Assembly: GCA_051294905.1 (NCBI GenBank)
Contig: CM119371.1
Location: forward strand, 4,714,001 to 4,778,000
Length of the DNA: 64,000 bases
Source: Botryllus schlosseri
Lineage: Eukaryota
Direction of reading: 5' to 3'
The translations under genes and the position numbers were made by a program. The first letter of the stretch is position 1, and every line of letters starts with the position of its first letter. The notes beneath the pieces were generated by a model. It had not been told where the DNA came from, did no database searches, and saw only the letters and a list, made by a program, of their open reading frames with translations. Shown here piece by piece: positions 38,722-52,232 of the stretch.

Positions 38722-40075
38722 TACAGGTTTTGGCCAATACCAGTAGCATGGCTTAATATTCAGACGAAACTGATGTACCAGTGTGCCTACGTGATGAACA
38801 CTATGATCGGAGGTGGTCTCGCAGTATCAAATAAAGGTGGATACTTCATAGTACGAGCTAGAGTTGGGATCAGGTCACTATCTTCAAGTCATTGCAAATT
38901 TTTAATCAAGTCACGAAGTCATTTCTAATTTTTTCAAGTCAATTCAGGCAGGTTCTAAAACTGACTCTGAAGTCAGGCCTTCTGAAGTTGTGAAAGTAGG
39001 CAAAACCTACTTGAGGATATCGCAAAAAGCATCACGTTTTTGAAGTAATAATAGTCATTATTCCTTTGTTACGGAGATTCATCTTGTGATCCGAATGCTC
39101 ATATATACAATTGAATAAAAATAAAATATTTTTGTTTGATACATATCAGGAGTAATCGTCAGCAGCTTGTAGATACAGTATACAATTGACTAACAGATGT
39201 ATACAAAGTAAAGTCTAACTCATTTCTTCATACTACTCGAGTACTTTTCAGACCGTTCATTTTCTGCTTCAACAAGTAGATTTCAATATCCAATTGACTA
39301 AGAAACGTCTGCAAAACCTGGTCTTAACCTACTTTTTCAACCTACGGTACAATTTACCATGATATGATGGTATATCTTATAAGTGTATGTGTGCGCAAGA
39401 GCGACCCACAATAGGTAGAAAGTTCCTGCCACTGTCCATGTCAGGTTTGATAGACTTGTGCACAGCCAATGATCTATAAATGATTGTTCACAGCATATAC
39501 TTTGTATAGTCATTAAATTGTGATGTTGTCCATGTCCAGTCCAGTTTGTCAACTCTTACAGTCATAGTTGACTTGCAAGATGGTGACTTCGAAGAATGGG
39601 ACGGGATAGAGACTATCCAACAATCCCCTTCACTCAACAAATCTCCATCTCCACATCACCATCTATGCCCTCAACGGTCGAGGTGATCATGGAAGAAGTT
39701 GATCGAATCCGAGCATCATAACAATGTGTCATCGCATGGGTATTACAGAAGCAGGATTTTGAACAGCTTAAATACCTCACCTCTTCATGGACTCCTAAAT
39801 GCTCTGATACTAGTCGTGTCTAAATTTCAATGAGGATACCAACACCATAATATCATTGAAAATTTTATACAGGGTATGGATATTTCATTTACTATAACAC
39901 TTAAAAACTGCATAAACAACTTTTGTTATCATGTCAGACTTGTTGTCATCTAAATTCAGAATAACAAGAACCAAAATCCTAGTCAACGGAAAGCATTTAA
40001 GTCAAGTGAATATGTAGCAAAAAGGGATTTTCTTGTTTATGCAAATTACAATATCAGATATACCTATGTTTAAGC

Positions 40076-40805
40076 CAGGGCCGGCCAAGCCAGGGCCGGC
40101 CAACCCGGGGCCCGCGGGCCACGTGTGGCCCGCGAGAAGGTTTTGAGTGGCCCGCGAGGTAATTTCCGAAATTTCTATTATAATGGATTGCACAGATTTT
40201 AAGCTTGCAAGGCCAACCAAAATTTGATTAGTCTGGCCGCAATACTTGAGATGTGATGACTAGAATATCAGTTCCGACGCATTGACAGATCCATCAGTCA
40301 TTCACATATTGGTATATCTTCGTACACTACAATAAAGCAGAATAATTTGCGATAGATTTATCAAAGGTAAAAATTTCTACAAGCTTAGCGCAATATGTTG
40401 CCACTCGATTTCTTGTTTTTAATATTGTTGCCCTTTTGTGAAAATGGAAGAACACCTAATGTATCAGCTTGAGTCTAACTATATTCGCGATTACGAGACA
40501 AAGTGTCGTTCAACATATGCGACCTTGCGTTTGCGCTCGCAGTAAGACCGTCGACCATGTAACCTAGGCAGGACATGATTGGCGCATGTTGGTCACAGCT
40601 TTCGATATCGATATGTCCATGCGCCGAATAGCCCAGTCCTTGCAAACTTAGCCCAGCGATGTACAGCAGGCCCGCAATACAGTCAAGTGACAATATTATT
40701 GATCTACGAACTTCAAAAAATTTTCGCGCTTAGCGCGGTTAGTGGCCTGCACAAAAGTTCGTCAATCAAATGTGGCCCTTAGGCCAAAAAGGTTGGCCAG
40801 CCCTG
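40076..40805. mobile_element. Buster-type hAT MITE (mirror of 36598-37294)
   Basis: TSD GTTTAAGC on both sides; TIR tandemly duplicated at 40076-40103. Confidence 0.88.
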
Positions 40806-41132
40806 GTTTAAGCCATTCGATAAATGTACTGTCTGCATCTATTTTTGTTGTAATTTGTGAAACTGTGCTGTGCTATTATGAACAATCGAATAACTGTGCC
40901 TAGTAGTTGATAACGTCAATGTTTCTTGTCACGTAACAAAAATATATATTCTCAAATGTTATTTTTTCGAGCTTTCTTATCCTCTCTTAATGACAATAAC
41001 AGGACAGCAGTTGGATGGTAGAGCAGCGATCTCACATGACGTTGAACATCGGAGGGCATTCAAGCATCAAGTACCATGGCATTTGAACACTAGTATGTTT
41101 CAAGCCTCTTTAGAAATCAATTATTCTTTGAA

Positions 41133-43472
41133 AATTACCATATCGCAGGTGCGGCCAGATTTCCTGATCAGGATAAAAATGATTCCAATAACGGATCAAG
41201 ACTCAATCTCTTGGTGATAATGAGGTAGTCTGCTCGATGGTTGGCAAAAATGTCCGTATCAAATTTATCATTGTTGTTGTTTTCTTGTCTCTTTGATAAG
41301 CTTCCCTGCTCACGAATTTCGTTGCTGTTTCTGCGGCATAAGAATATCTTCAGTTTTGCAGTAACGGCATATCTTTTTCCAGCTAGTACAAGTGAAGCAA
41401 TATTATCTGGAATGCAATATGGCTTTAAATGGCAGTTGTAGCTGAACTTGGTTGTCATATTCACAAGGCACACGAAATTATCCACAGGTTGCATTGTAGT
41501 GTCCATCTCTTCACCTCTCGTACTCGAATAATATGTATTTTCTTTCAGCAAGACTATTTTTCTCTGCATCAATCGATCCAATGAGTATCAATCCAATCCG
41601 GCACCATTCGTCAAAGTATTATTCATTTTGACTACAATCTTTGGAAATATCTCAATGTCTGAAGCAAAGTGGAACATGACATGGTTGCTTCTCATGGACG
41701 GCCTGGCGTGCCGAAATCCCACAAGATAATGATTTGCACTTTTATTAAGATCCCTGAATCCTTTTCAATTTCCTCGCGGCTTTGGGTTGCTTTGCGGCTG
41801 TTTCAATACACGAACAATCTTTTCTTGAAAGTTAGAATGGACTATAATTTATAAAAAAATGTTAACGATCCTGTAAAAAATTTATGCATTAGACATTTAC
41901 AGAATGGGAATTTGTTATGTCACAGTTTTGCCAGTCAACTACAATTGAAATCAAGTTATTTATTCAATCCGTCAAGTATTTTCCGTACTGCCGCATATGC
42001 AATATATATGAGCAATGTGCATATTCAAGAGAGATTTTGCATTGGATGATTGTGGAGTTACATTGCTGGAAAAATAACCTGGGTAGCAGCACATACAATG
42101 CAAGTTGATGCTCATGCTCAGGTCATAAAGCGTGATGCAAATGGCGAAAAGTTATGAAGGTTATACATAAAAAACCATAGACGTACACACTATACAATGA
42201 CGAAGGTTACAAAATCATTTCCTAACCTTTCAATGAATAAGACACCATAGAATGTTGCTCGCAAATGCATAAATCATCTATTTTGTACAATCCTTCCAGC
42301 TATCAATCTTAACGAGTACTCCATGTTAATTTTCAAGGTTTACAGGCAATTCATGGGGAACACCTCACAACAGGTAGTTCATATCAAAGAAGTGCCAAAA
42401 CGTTTACCAGGTATATTTTGAATAAATGGGCATTGGTAGATGTTTTCGGACACCCCGGTGTGAAAGATTCAACTATTGAGAGAAGTACGACATATCACGC
42501 CAGGTCGATGTGAACAATACTAACTATGGAGTGATTATCCTAAATGTCATTCTAGTGCAGTGGTTCCCAACCTTTTTCGACTCATCGCCCACTTTTCAAG
42601 CTCAACGCCGATCATCGCCCCCCAAATTTTGTGAACCGAAAAACCGGTATACAAACAGTAATCACCGGCGGGTTGACTAAAAAAAAAAAAGGTCAACTTT
42701 TCCGTTCCATGTCGAATTTTCCACTTTTGCAACTGAATTTTCGTGGGATGACTAAAAATAAAAAAAAAAGGTTATTTCTCTGACTTGACTCCAACATAGC
42801 CGTTTTAACTCGTCATTGCCCCCCTATCGCCCCCTTCGCTATTTTCGCCCCCCCCCATCGCCTCCTTTGTCCATTTTTCCCCCCTTCGCCATTTTCGCCC
42901 CCCCTAGACCGCCAAATCGCCCACGTTGGGAACCACTGTTCTAGTGCATTGTTTTGCCGATGGTATATTCTTTGGAACAATGCCGATTCTCATCATTGAT
43001 GTGGATTCAACGGCCTGATCAAGTAAAAAGTTATATATGTTAGCATTTTAGCAATCAGTACAATGATAGTTTTCGGTTAGTTCTGATTTTATATTATGAA
43101 GGTACAATCGCTATATTGGTACAATAGTTGCCAGTTAACTCGGCCCTTGGTGAATTCGGCCTCACAATATTACAATATATACTATCTAAAACAACTTAGT
43201 TGCTCACACAATTATCGTAATCAACCCTTCTCTTTTAAAAAATCAGGTGACGTAAATGCTGCCAGAAAAATTTCAAATCCTCTTTCAACAATCCTTCCAG
43301 GTTCTGCACATCTATATTGACGCTCACCCACAGTATCTATAAATTCTTTAGGCTGTGTCGTACATGCATGGTTGCAACTGATGCTAAAATGCCTCGCAGC
43401 TAGTCTGTACTTTGATAAATGTGCATTGTTAAAAGTTGTATTACATCCTATTATGCAGCACTGCCTCACTAT
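41133..43472 (-). pseudogene. Decayed P/THAP9-like transposase (inner copy)
   Basis: Mirror of 33932-36270; the paired small ORFs differ by only 0-2 residues. Confidence 0.72.
42558..42938. mobile_element. Buster-type hAT MITE (mirror of 34466-34845)
   Basis: Same TIRs; TSD TTCTAGTG. Confidence 0.9.
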
Positions 43473-46400
43473 GCTCAAGAAACCAACAAAAACTAAACCG
43501 ATTGGGGAAAATCAGTGAATTAGTATGCCAGCAAGGCCGATCGCAGCACCCCACCACAGTCGACATACGCAATCCCGTTTCTATACTCAAGCATATCCCG
43601 CGACGGACTGATTTCGCCGGGAAACTATCTTATAGCGTTAAGGGGCGTGGCAGTTTCCAATCATTGTATATATATCATTGGCTGTGCACAAGTCTATCAA
43701 ACCTGACATGGACAGTGGCAGGAACTTTCTACCTATTGTGGGTCCCTCTTGCGCACACATACACTTATAAGATATACCATCATATCATGGTAAATTGTAC
43801 CGTAGTTTGAAAAAGTAGGTTAAGACCAGGTTTTGCAGACGTTTCTTAGTCAATTGGATATTGAAATCTACTTCCCAGCTAGCACACCCACTTGGTATGG
43901 AAGTGGAATTTAGGTGGTTAGGTGGGGTGGAAAAACGAAATGGGTTGGTAACATGTATACCACATTGAACCCAAGCGGGATTTCCATCCATATAGATGCG
44001 TGGTTATACCATACCAATCCCAGGTAGATTCCAATAAGTCTATCTTGTCGTTAATGTTAATTGCACATATCTATTTGAACTCGGGAGAGTTTTACCTGTT
44101 GAGTTTTTGTAATCAAATCATTTTGAAACCTGAGAAATCCACCTATAGAGAAGCTTAGATTTCCTATACATTACCCACACAGGAACCAACCTTATTTTCC
44201 ATCAATGTTATTTGGTTTATTTAATCGAATAAGAAGGTGTTGCCATATGTAGTAAAGTTTTCTAGCTATTATGCGATCCCTGTTGGTCGCTCTAACATCG
44301 AACTTTAAAACTCCTACCATGCTTTACTTTGTCCATGTGATTTGAACTGTTTAAAATTGACCGTTTGTCACACTGAAGTGAACTGAAATTCCCTTTGCTA
44401 GAGTACTCAACTCCTCAGAGTGTGTGATATAATTTTATAGCGTGGATCGGTAGAATAACGATCGAACCAACTGTCCGGATCCTCTAGAATTTTATTTTTT
44501 CGAGTTCAGTCAGCCATGAAAAGTTATAGTTAATCAAGCCCGCCAATTTCTTAGAACTTCCGTCTTTCGAAGCTCAAGTCGCTCTCGCTACCGTGGCTCT
44601 TTTGCACTGGGACGTGGAAGAAGTCCCTTCGGCTGCAGGTAGAAACGTAGACAGTATTTTTAGGTGACTGAATTGTCAGTTAGGTTGATAGTGATTTAGT
44701 TTTACTGAGAGATACTGATTGAAAAGTAGTAGAGCCTGAAAGATAGTCTGTGCGTCGTATAGAAAACAAGTTCGTGGTTCGTATCAATACCTTTATAGCA
44801 GTAATCCCAAAGCTATATGCATTATAGCCTCAATTATTTGCTAATTTCTCGGTTCAATATAATAGTTCTTTCTCTTGAAAAATATGGTATCTGATTATTT
44901 AGCTGCAGGTCAGTTGTTATAAGTTGCCTTGTACATAAGAGAATCAAAGTTCTAAAATGTATTGGCTTACCCCTATAATATCACCCGTTTTGCTCTACCT
45001 GACCTATTGCTCCCTTGGAATCTTGAGGATTGTACGGTGTTTTGATTGATGAAAGAGAAGCAGAAATGGCGACGCCTGCATGACAATTCTATTCTCTTAT
45101 CCGCATTGTCTTGCTACTAAAATACAGGCTTGTTGTGGAACGTTACATTGTTTCTTGATTAGATAATTGACTAGGCCTAGTAGAGTAAAGTTAGCCTAAC
45201 GATATTAGCTAGCAGTTTTGACACTTCTTCAACACTACGAAGGCATCGAAAAGTGTTCACCACGATCACCGCCTATACATGTTCTCCGTGAACATGTCAG
45301 AATTTATGATGTTTCACGTGGAAATCAGCTGTGCTCCCATTTTATGCTATTTTCTCCTCGCCCAGATATATCGCACAACTGATACGTTAATCTCTGGCGC
45401 ATATCTTGCTGATTGTACCTTAAACGTGGGGTTGTGAACATTCATTCATTCATTACATTCTGTACGCTTTAGCACCTATCTAAATCATGCATCATTTCCA
45501 ATTGCCAAGACAAAAAGTGTCGGATATTTCGTTTGCTAGTGAGGTATATGAGGGATTCTAGTTCATTACAAGACTTCTCCAGCACGGACATATAATATGG
45601 ATATATTCGATTATATCAATATATATTATTGGGATGGCGAATGCGAGACAAAGGCTGCCTCCAAATTTTCTGATGTAATCCGTTTTCTGTGGATTCTGTT
45701 AAAAATCATCATTCCTCAAAGGGTATATCGCCCTTTCTCAGTTTGGCGTAGTTTTACGTGCTATTTGAAAGTTCCTTCCAAGATCACATTGATATCGTCA
45801 ATCTCCATCCTACTGACGCAAGCCTATTTTGATTTCATATACTCGTGTTTTTCCATGGATGCATGTATTGACTTCGCCTCTTGATTCAAAAGACTTTCTA
45901 TCAATATGTCGAATATATTCGATAATGAAATACTCCGTGGAGATGAGTTTGTGAAAGACTTCGCTAAAAGCCTCGAGGGCAATCTGACAGTCGTCAAGAA
46001 TGCCACATTCAAGTCTCAATTTGTTATATCGAGCTATCATTCCGAAACATGCCACTTCATTAGGCTATTTTCCCTTCACTTCTGTTTCTTTATATTCAGT
46101 GTCTATCATACAATGTACATATTGCAATGTGCCATATTACGACGTTAGTGCTTCTTTACACCGTCTTATGGCTATTGGTAGCTGGGTGTCCGACTGTCCG
46201 GCTTTAATGACTGCTTCATATCGTTTCAGTACCTTTATATTTTTTCATTAAATCGCAATCTATTCGTGTTTTCAAAATGATGAAATACCAACATCTGATT
46301 ATCATCAGCTCGCTCCTGCATCACATATTGCCAAGCATGTCCTAGCGACACGAGCCTACAGCCTTGATTCCGTCCACATATGTTTTCCATCGTACGTGAT

Positions 46401-47000
46401 GATGATTTTGCATGAGTTGACTTGACCTATTGATTCAATAGGCTTCATTTTAATCACTCGATTAAAATTGGGGCAGTCATGTAATGAACTAGAACCCCTC
46501 ATGGAGAACATGTATTGGTGGTGATTATGGTATTCACTTTGCGATGTCTTCATACTATCGATGAAGTGCCTCAGTTTTCTGACGCTGAAGTTATTATCTT
46601 CCCAGTTTATAGCCTGGTATATAGCTGACCGAACGCCCCTGCTTCGATCAAGGTATAGTTATCATCGCGCGTGCTGTAGGGTCAGTCATACGGTTCGGAA
46701 AGATGCTGAAAATCATATGTTCGTGTACGCTTCTGTAATCGTTAGCTTAGCGATCATAGTTGATTGATCAAGATGACCCTATAATATCGACTGAATAGGC
46801 TACACCACTGTGTTGACCTGATGCTCATTTTGTTTAACCTTTTGGAAAAAAGTGATTTCACTTTTTGGAAGTCAAGTTGAATTACCAAACATATGTGTCA
46901 ATGTTTTCACTGCATTTTTTGCTAACTGAAAGATCAGCCACAAAAACCTGACTGCAACAGTTGTTTACAGTATAGTTCGTGAATATTTGATTGATCAGTA

Positions 47001-49073
47001 ATGGATATACCTAAAAGAACGCGGAGTCGGAGAAGAAAACAGGCTTATGAAATTTACCTTGGTGAAATTCAAGCTGAGGTGGCAAGAGGACCCTCTGATA
47101 GCTTGGAACAGGCTGAGGGGCAAATTCAAGCTGAGGTGGCAAGAGGACCCTCTAATAGCTTGGAACAGGCTGAGAGGCATCGTGATAGCTCAGATCGATG
47201 TGGTGATGATGGTGTCTTTCAAGTTACCAGTACTTCATATATTGATGCCAATACGTTTACTCAAATGGATGATGTTGCCGACTGGTCTAGTTCAGAAGAG
47301 GAGTCACCTGATAGTCGAAAAGTTGGTAATTTATCCGCACTACTTCGGGACTGGGCATGTAAGCATAATATAACGCATTGTGCATTTCGTGAATTGCTGA
47401 TAATACTCCGCATTCACACTCAATCAGATTTGCCAAAGGACCCCCGAACGTTGCTGAAAACAATGAGAACGGACGACTATGAAATTAAAAATGTGTCAGG
47501 AGGTTTATATCATTACATAGGCCTGCAAAAGGCTATTGAAGGAGCAGTACTGAGGAGGAGCATACAGCAAATCACCATTGATGTTAACGTGGATGGAATA
47601 CCTCTTTTCAAAAGTGCAAGATCATCCCTTTGGCCCATTCTTGCTCAAGTAAAAGAGTTGAAAGGATTCGATCCATTTGTCGTGGCCATATTTTATGGAC
47701 CCGGAAAGCCATCATCAATAGCAGAATATTTAAAAGACTTTGTCGAAGAAATGCGAGATCTTATGGTTAATGGAATGACGATTCAGGAAAAGACATATCA
47801 GGTGGCAATCAATGCTGTTATATGTGACTCACAAGCACGAAGTTTTATCAAAGGAATAAAGGGGCATAGTGGGTACAGCTCATGTGAGCGTTGCATACAA
47901 GAAGGCGAATTTGAAGGTAGAATGACCTTTCCAGAACTTGATGCAACACTCCGCACTGACGAATCCTTCTGCACGATGGAAGATGAAAACCACCATCTGC
48001 AGCAATCGCCTTTGGTGGAACTCGGTATCGGCATGGTGTCGCAGGTTGTTTTGGACTATCAGCATTTGATATGCTTGGGCGTTGTACGGAAAATACTGTA
48101 TTATTGGATATTTCCACCCGGCCCGTTGACAGTCAGACTGCATGCCAGGGATATCAAGAAGATTTCCGATACGCTGTTGAGTTTAAGGCCACATTTATCA
48201 CAGGAATTTTCTCGGAAGCCAAGATCGCTCCTTGAATCAAAGTTATGGAAAGCAACGGAATTTCGCCAATTCCTCCTATATACTGGTCCAGTATGTCTCA
48301 AGGGAATTTTGAAAAAGAAAGTATATAGAAATTTCCTGCTTTTGTCGGTTTGCATTCGGTGCTTACTACATGACAACGCGTATGGTTTGGACTATGACTA
48401 CATCGAGTGCCTTCTAAAGATTTTTGTTCAAGAATTTTCCTGCATATATGGAAAGGAGTCATTGGTTTATAACGTTCACAGCGTAATTCATCTTGTTGCC
48501 GATGCGAAGCGCTATGGGTCATTACAAAACATATCCTGCTTTCCTTTTGAATCCATGCTTGGGAGGTTGAAGGGCTTGGTTCGGAGCTCGCGCAATCCAA
48601 TTGCCCAAATTCTTCGTAGAATTGATGAGAAAGAAAACTCTGAGAGGGAATGTGGGCCTGGGCATGATGAAGCATTGACTCCTCAGTTTTGTCAAGAGTA
48701 CTATTCTGGACCCAAATCTGAGGGCCATAGACAATTCCGTCGGTTTCGATCTGATGCTCTGTCCTTTTCCTTGAATGAAGGGGACAATTGTGTGAATATT
48801 CATAACAAAATATGTATGATTCAGAATATTTTGCAAAATTCCTCCGGAGGCTCCAGTGGTTTAGTAGTATATCAAATATTTCGACATTCTGAGAAATTCT
48901 TCGACCGTCCGTTTGATTCGACCTTGATTGGGATTAAACGGGTTAACCGTTTGTCGTCAAATCTGCATACCGCGAGTATAACAGATATCAGTCACAAGCT
49001 GGTAGTCTTGCCTGATGCAAATGATGTCAATGATGCGTACGTGGTTTTCCCTTTGATTCATCAATCCATATGA
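47001..49073 (+). CDS. EnSpm/CACTA-like DDE transposase, 690 aa, uninterrupted
   Basis: Motifs LPKDPRTLL, NVDGIPLFKS..SLWPIL, ICDSQARSFIK..GHSGYSSCERC, LDYQHLICLGVVRK, WKATEFRQFLLY, YNVHSVIHL and SCFPFES. Confidence 0.9.
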   Translation: MDIPKRTRSRRRKQAYEIYLGEIQAEVARGPSDSLEQAEGQIQAEVARGPSNSLEQAERHRDSSDRCGDDGVFQVTSTSYIDANTFTQMDDVADWSSSEEESPDSRKVGNLSALLRDWACKHNITHCAFRELLIILRIHTQSDLPKDPRTLLKTMRTDDYEIKNVSGGLYHYIGLQKAIEGAVLRRSIQQITIDVNVDGIPLFKSARSSLWPILAQVKELKGFDPFVVAIFYGPGKPSSIAEYLKDFVEEMRDLMVNGMTIQEKTYQVAINAVICDSQARSFIKGIKGHSGYSSCERCIQEGEFEGRMTFPELDATLRTDESFCTMEDENHHLQQSPLVELGIGMVSQVVLDYQHLICLGVVRKILYYWIFPPGPLTVRLHARDIKKISDTLLSLRPHLSQEFSRKPRSLLESKLWKATEFRQFLLYTGPVCLKGILKKKVYRNFLLLSVCIRCLLHDNAYGLDYDYIECLLKIFVQEFSCIYGKESLVYNVHSVIHLVADAKRYGSLQNISCFPFESMLGRLKGLVRSSRNPIAQILRRIDEKENSERECGPGHDEALTPQFCQEYYSGPKSEGHRQFRRFRSDALSFSLNEGDNCVNIHNKICMIQNILQNSSGGSSGLVVYQIFRHSEKFFDRPFDSTLIGIKRVNRLSSNLHTASITDISHKLVVLPDANDVNDAYVVFPLIHQSI
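47065..47175 (+). repeat. In-frame 57-bp tandem duplication in the transposase N-terminus
   Basis: IQAEVARGPS(D/N)SLEQAE occurs twice. Confidence 0.95.
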
Positions 49074-49238
49074 TATGTGTGCGCTAAAAGTATTTAAAAA
49101 ATCTGATCTTCAGTTATAGGCCCAACGCCTAATCATTTCTTGCCACGTGGTAGTGTCGTACCCACCTCATATATAGGTTTTCCCTGTGACAGTATTGAGA
49201 ACATGCATCTTGTTGTTTTTGACAGATCCATAATCGTA

Positions 49239-51095
49239 ATGTCGAAGAAAGTATATTGTGTGGTTGAATTCCTAGACAGCAAGGACAAGGTGTCGGCAGC
49301 TGTCGTGCCAAAGACATGGCTTGGAAAAAATGGCCGATGCTCCTGGCCCTCGAAAATGTCATCTAACAAAATTGACAAGTTGCTGAAAAAATTCAGAGAT
49401 CCTGAAAAAAACTGGGCATTGCACGCCGTTAAAATTTTGGCCGAAACTAGTATGTTTCGTATGCGTATTGGATTGACCTATCCTTGCGTATTACTGTATT
49501 ACTTATTATTTTCTAGATGACTATGCAGAGGCAAACAAGAAATTGCAAAGATCTCTGAGGCAGACGGATTGCGAGCTTTCGGAATCTGCTGGAGCACTTC
49601 CAGCTAAACGGAAGTAAAGCAAAATACTCTTAAAAGTCTTCTCTATGGAATGGAACTTCAAAATATGACTAATGATAACACAGGTCTACAAATTTCAAAC
49701 AAACAAAAAAATGGTGGTGATAAGTCTTTCTCCTTTTTTCGACTTTTGAAAATATATGTCGACGCAGCGCTTTCAGATGGTGGCAGTTTTCATCTTTATA
49801 CATCATAAATGGTCAAAAAATTGTGTTTAATAACTCCATACTTCACTTATTTCCCACCGTTATCTTGCTATATCTGTCCTGCATACTTAGTCGGTCAATA
49901 TCCCATTTTTGTTTCAGAGTGATCCCTACTCGGAAGAGAAGATTGATAGAAGAGACAAGCAGTGACACCGATGATGATGATAGCCCGATCATATGTCCAC
50001 CACCTGTGTGGCGGCCAAATAATTCTAAGAAGTCAGGTACAAATCAAATCAATTATCCCATTTCTGATTCGGTAACTTGATGGCTAGCACAATGCTTTAT
50101 CATTTTTCAGCAAAAAAGTATTGCTACTTGGAGGGGCAACATAGTCAGTCTGTCCGTTCCCTCGGTGACAGGGAAGATGATCCTAGTGAGGAAGTACCCG
50201 CATCATTCACCAAGTCTCGCTGTTCGGACACGCAATACAATGAACCTGATTGGGTCCTCGACAACACTGATATTGATAGTGGTGAAGAAGTGCCCTCCTC
50301 AGTTATATCCTCAACAAATCAATACAATCCTGGTGTGTATTGTATTGATATTCAGCAGATGCATAATATTAAAAAATATTATTTTATGTTACAGTTATAT
50401 CGGCTGAATCGAAAACGATGGGTCGCAGATTGGTGAATCTTCAATCGGACGTCAATCGAATGTCGCGTAGCATCCAGAGAATAGAACATTTCATGGAGCT
50501 GATTCTGCCATACTTCAACGCGTCTAGGACATCAGAACTACCTTCAGTGTTTCCAATACAAGACGGTGAAAAACTACAGAATTTGGATCAGCTTTTTGCT
50601 AGTGAGCCGGGAATTTTTGAACGGATGGTAAACTTGTGCTTTTGCAAACAAAGATCCGTACTAACTCGTACGTTCGTACAGGTGAAGACTCTGGCTAATA
50701 TTGGTGGCGATACTTCCGATGACTTCATGAGACGGGTAATGCCGAGATTATTGAAGAACGAATTTGCAAATCGCTGTAGCGTTTTCGGACGAAATGATAA
50801 ATTTAAGCTGAAGAACACAATGATTTTTAAAGGCGTTTTTGGTAATACCCGAGTAATTTTTATGTCTTTTAATCGGTTATGAATTGATTTACCTTCGACA
50901 GCTGCAGTCAAGATGAACATCAACACAAAAGATTGCACCGAAAAAGATATTGAACGTGCCATGCGAAAGTGGATCACCAATTCAAGAGATCGTGCCGGTG
51001 GTTCAAGATTCATGACACAGAAGAACTCATACCCAGGAGCGACACAGGATTGCAATCGTCTTCAACCAGAAATAGAAAAAAGCAACGCAGAATGA
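49239..51095 (+). CDS. Transposon accessory gene, predicted 7 exons, 411 aa, C-terminal DUF4806-like domain
   Basis: Exons 49239-49449, 49517-49613, 49918-50036, 50111-50332, 50395-50627, 50682-50841 and 50902-51095 join through GT-AG introns in one frame (1236 nt). N-terminus YCVVEF..AVVPKTWL..CSWP; C-terminus LANIGG..FMRRVM..LLKNEFA..SVFGR..KF..RKWITNSRDR. Confidence 0.8.
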
Positions 51096-52139
51096 TAACA
51101 ATCATTTCATAGAATTGAGCACTCATCTGGCCGCTTCGGTGCTAGGACATACTGACAGTGGTGGTCAGTAACAAGTATTTTTACTCTTTCGATACGACGG
51201 ATTATGTGTACTTGATTTGATTATCGATTATTTTGATATTTCTACTTGAACAGTTATTCATAGTGGTTGCAAAGTTTCAAGTAGTTTTGGTATACGTTCA
51301 CACCAATTCTAGGTGTTGAATGACCACTTAGTGTGTGTCAAATCAGCATAAACATGTCAAATAGCTATAGCAGTACTTCTTGAATGTATTTTCAAGTATT
51401 GTACCAGTCAATTTATGGTGTCATTAGTCATTTTTGTTTAGTCGCTCGCGAAGAAACATCTTGTGATTTGAAAGTATGCGCCACCTCTGAGTGAGTATGA
51501 ACGATTGAACATTATCGTTGTTGAAAAATGACTTTTTTTAACAATTTCACTGGTTACTCGATAAAATTGTTAGGTTAGCTAAGAAACTCTCAACATCATA
51601 TACGGCTCCATTTGAAACAGTGGAACTGGAAGCGTAGTTACTGCATTACAAAAATTTGAATGCAAATAAAATAGTTGGTATCTATGGTGACCACCTAACA
51701 GTTTCATAAAGCAGACAGAATAATTGGAAAGAAATATTATTTACATATTATATAATCAATCCAAAACTTTCTCCTGTAGCAATGCGATTACAGGTAGGAA
51801 TTGAACCAAATTTGGTATGCAGCCAACTAACAATTCATCAAGTAGCCATTGAAATTTGAAAAAGAATTAATAAACAGCCCTGTTAAACTTGTGCACCACT
51901 GCTAGTCTATTGTATTTGTACATTTTCGTTTGTTTTGTTTATTATTTGAAATGTGTGAATTTACCAGACAGACTTGGACAACTAAAACATTTTCAGCTTT
52001 TCCAAATTAGATTAGAATTAGTCCTACAGTTTTTTTCCAAACCACATTAAAATTTGAATACTGGCATGTCGCTCCAAATTATATTCGATTGCTATAGTTG
52101 TACAAGTCTGGTTCCAGATAACTGTGCAAGCCTGTCGTC

Positions 52140-52232
52140 TTCGTTTGTTTGCAATATGCCAATTTTCGTTTGTAGTTCGTTTGCAATATACCAATTTTGG
52201 TATTTTCGTTTGTACGTTTGCAATATACCAAT
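52140..52232. repeat. Short subterminal tandem repeat in the EnSpm-like element
   Basis: TTCGTTTG..GTTTGCAATAT(G/A)CCAAT occurs three times. Confidence 0.75.

Larger units (their letters stand above)
37912..43680 (-). mobile_element. P-superfamily element, inner inverted copy of the same element
   Basis: Same 29-bp TIRs at 37912 and 43652-43680; 8-bp TSD GCTGTGCA (37904-37911, 43681-43688); content is the reverse complement of the outer copy. Confidence 0.92.

Noticed and set aside
33724..43680. Inverted duplication as an assembly or chimeric-read artefact
   Set aside because: Breakpoints coincide with TIRs and an 8-bp TSD, and the copies differ by substitutions and independent insertions.
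47047..48836. Overlapping short ORFs within the transposase
   Set aside because: Alternative-frame and antisense by-products with no recognisable motifs.
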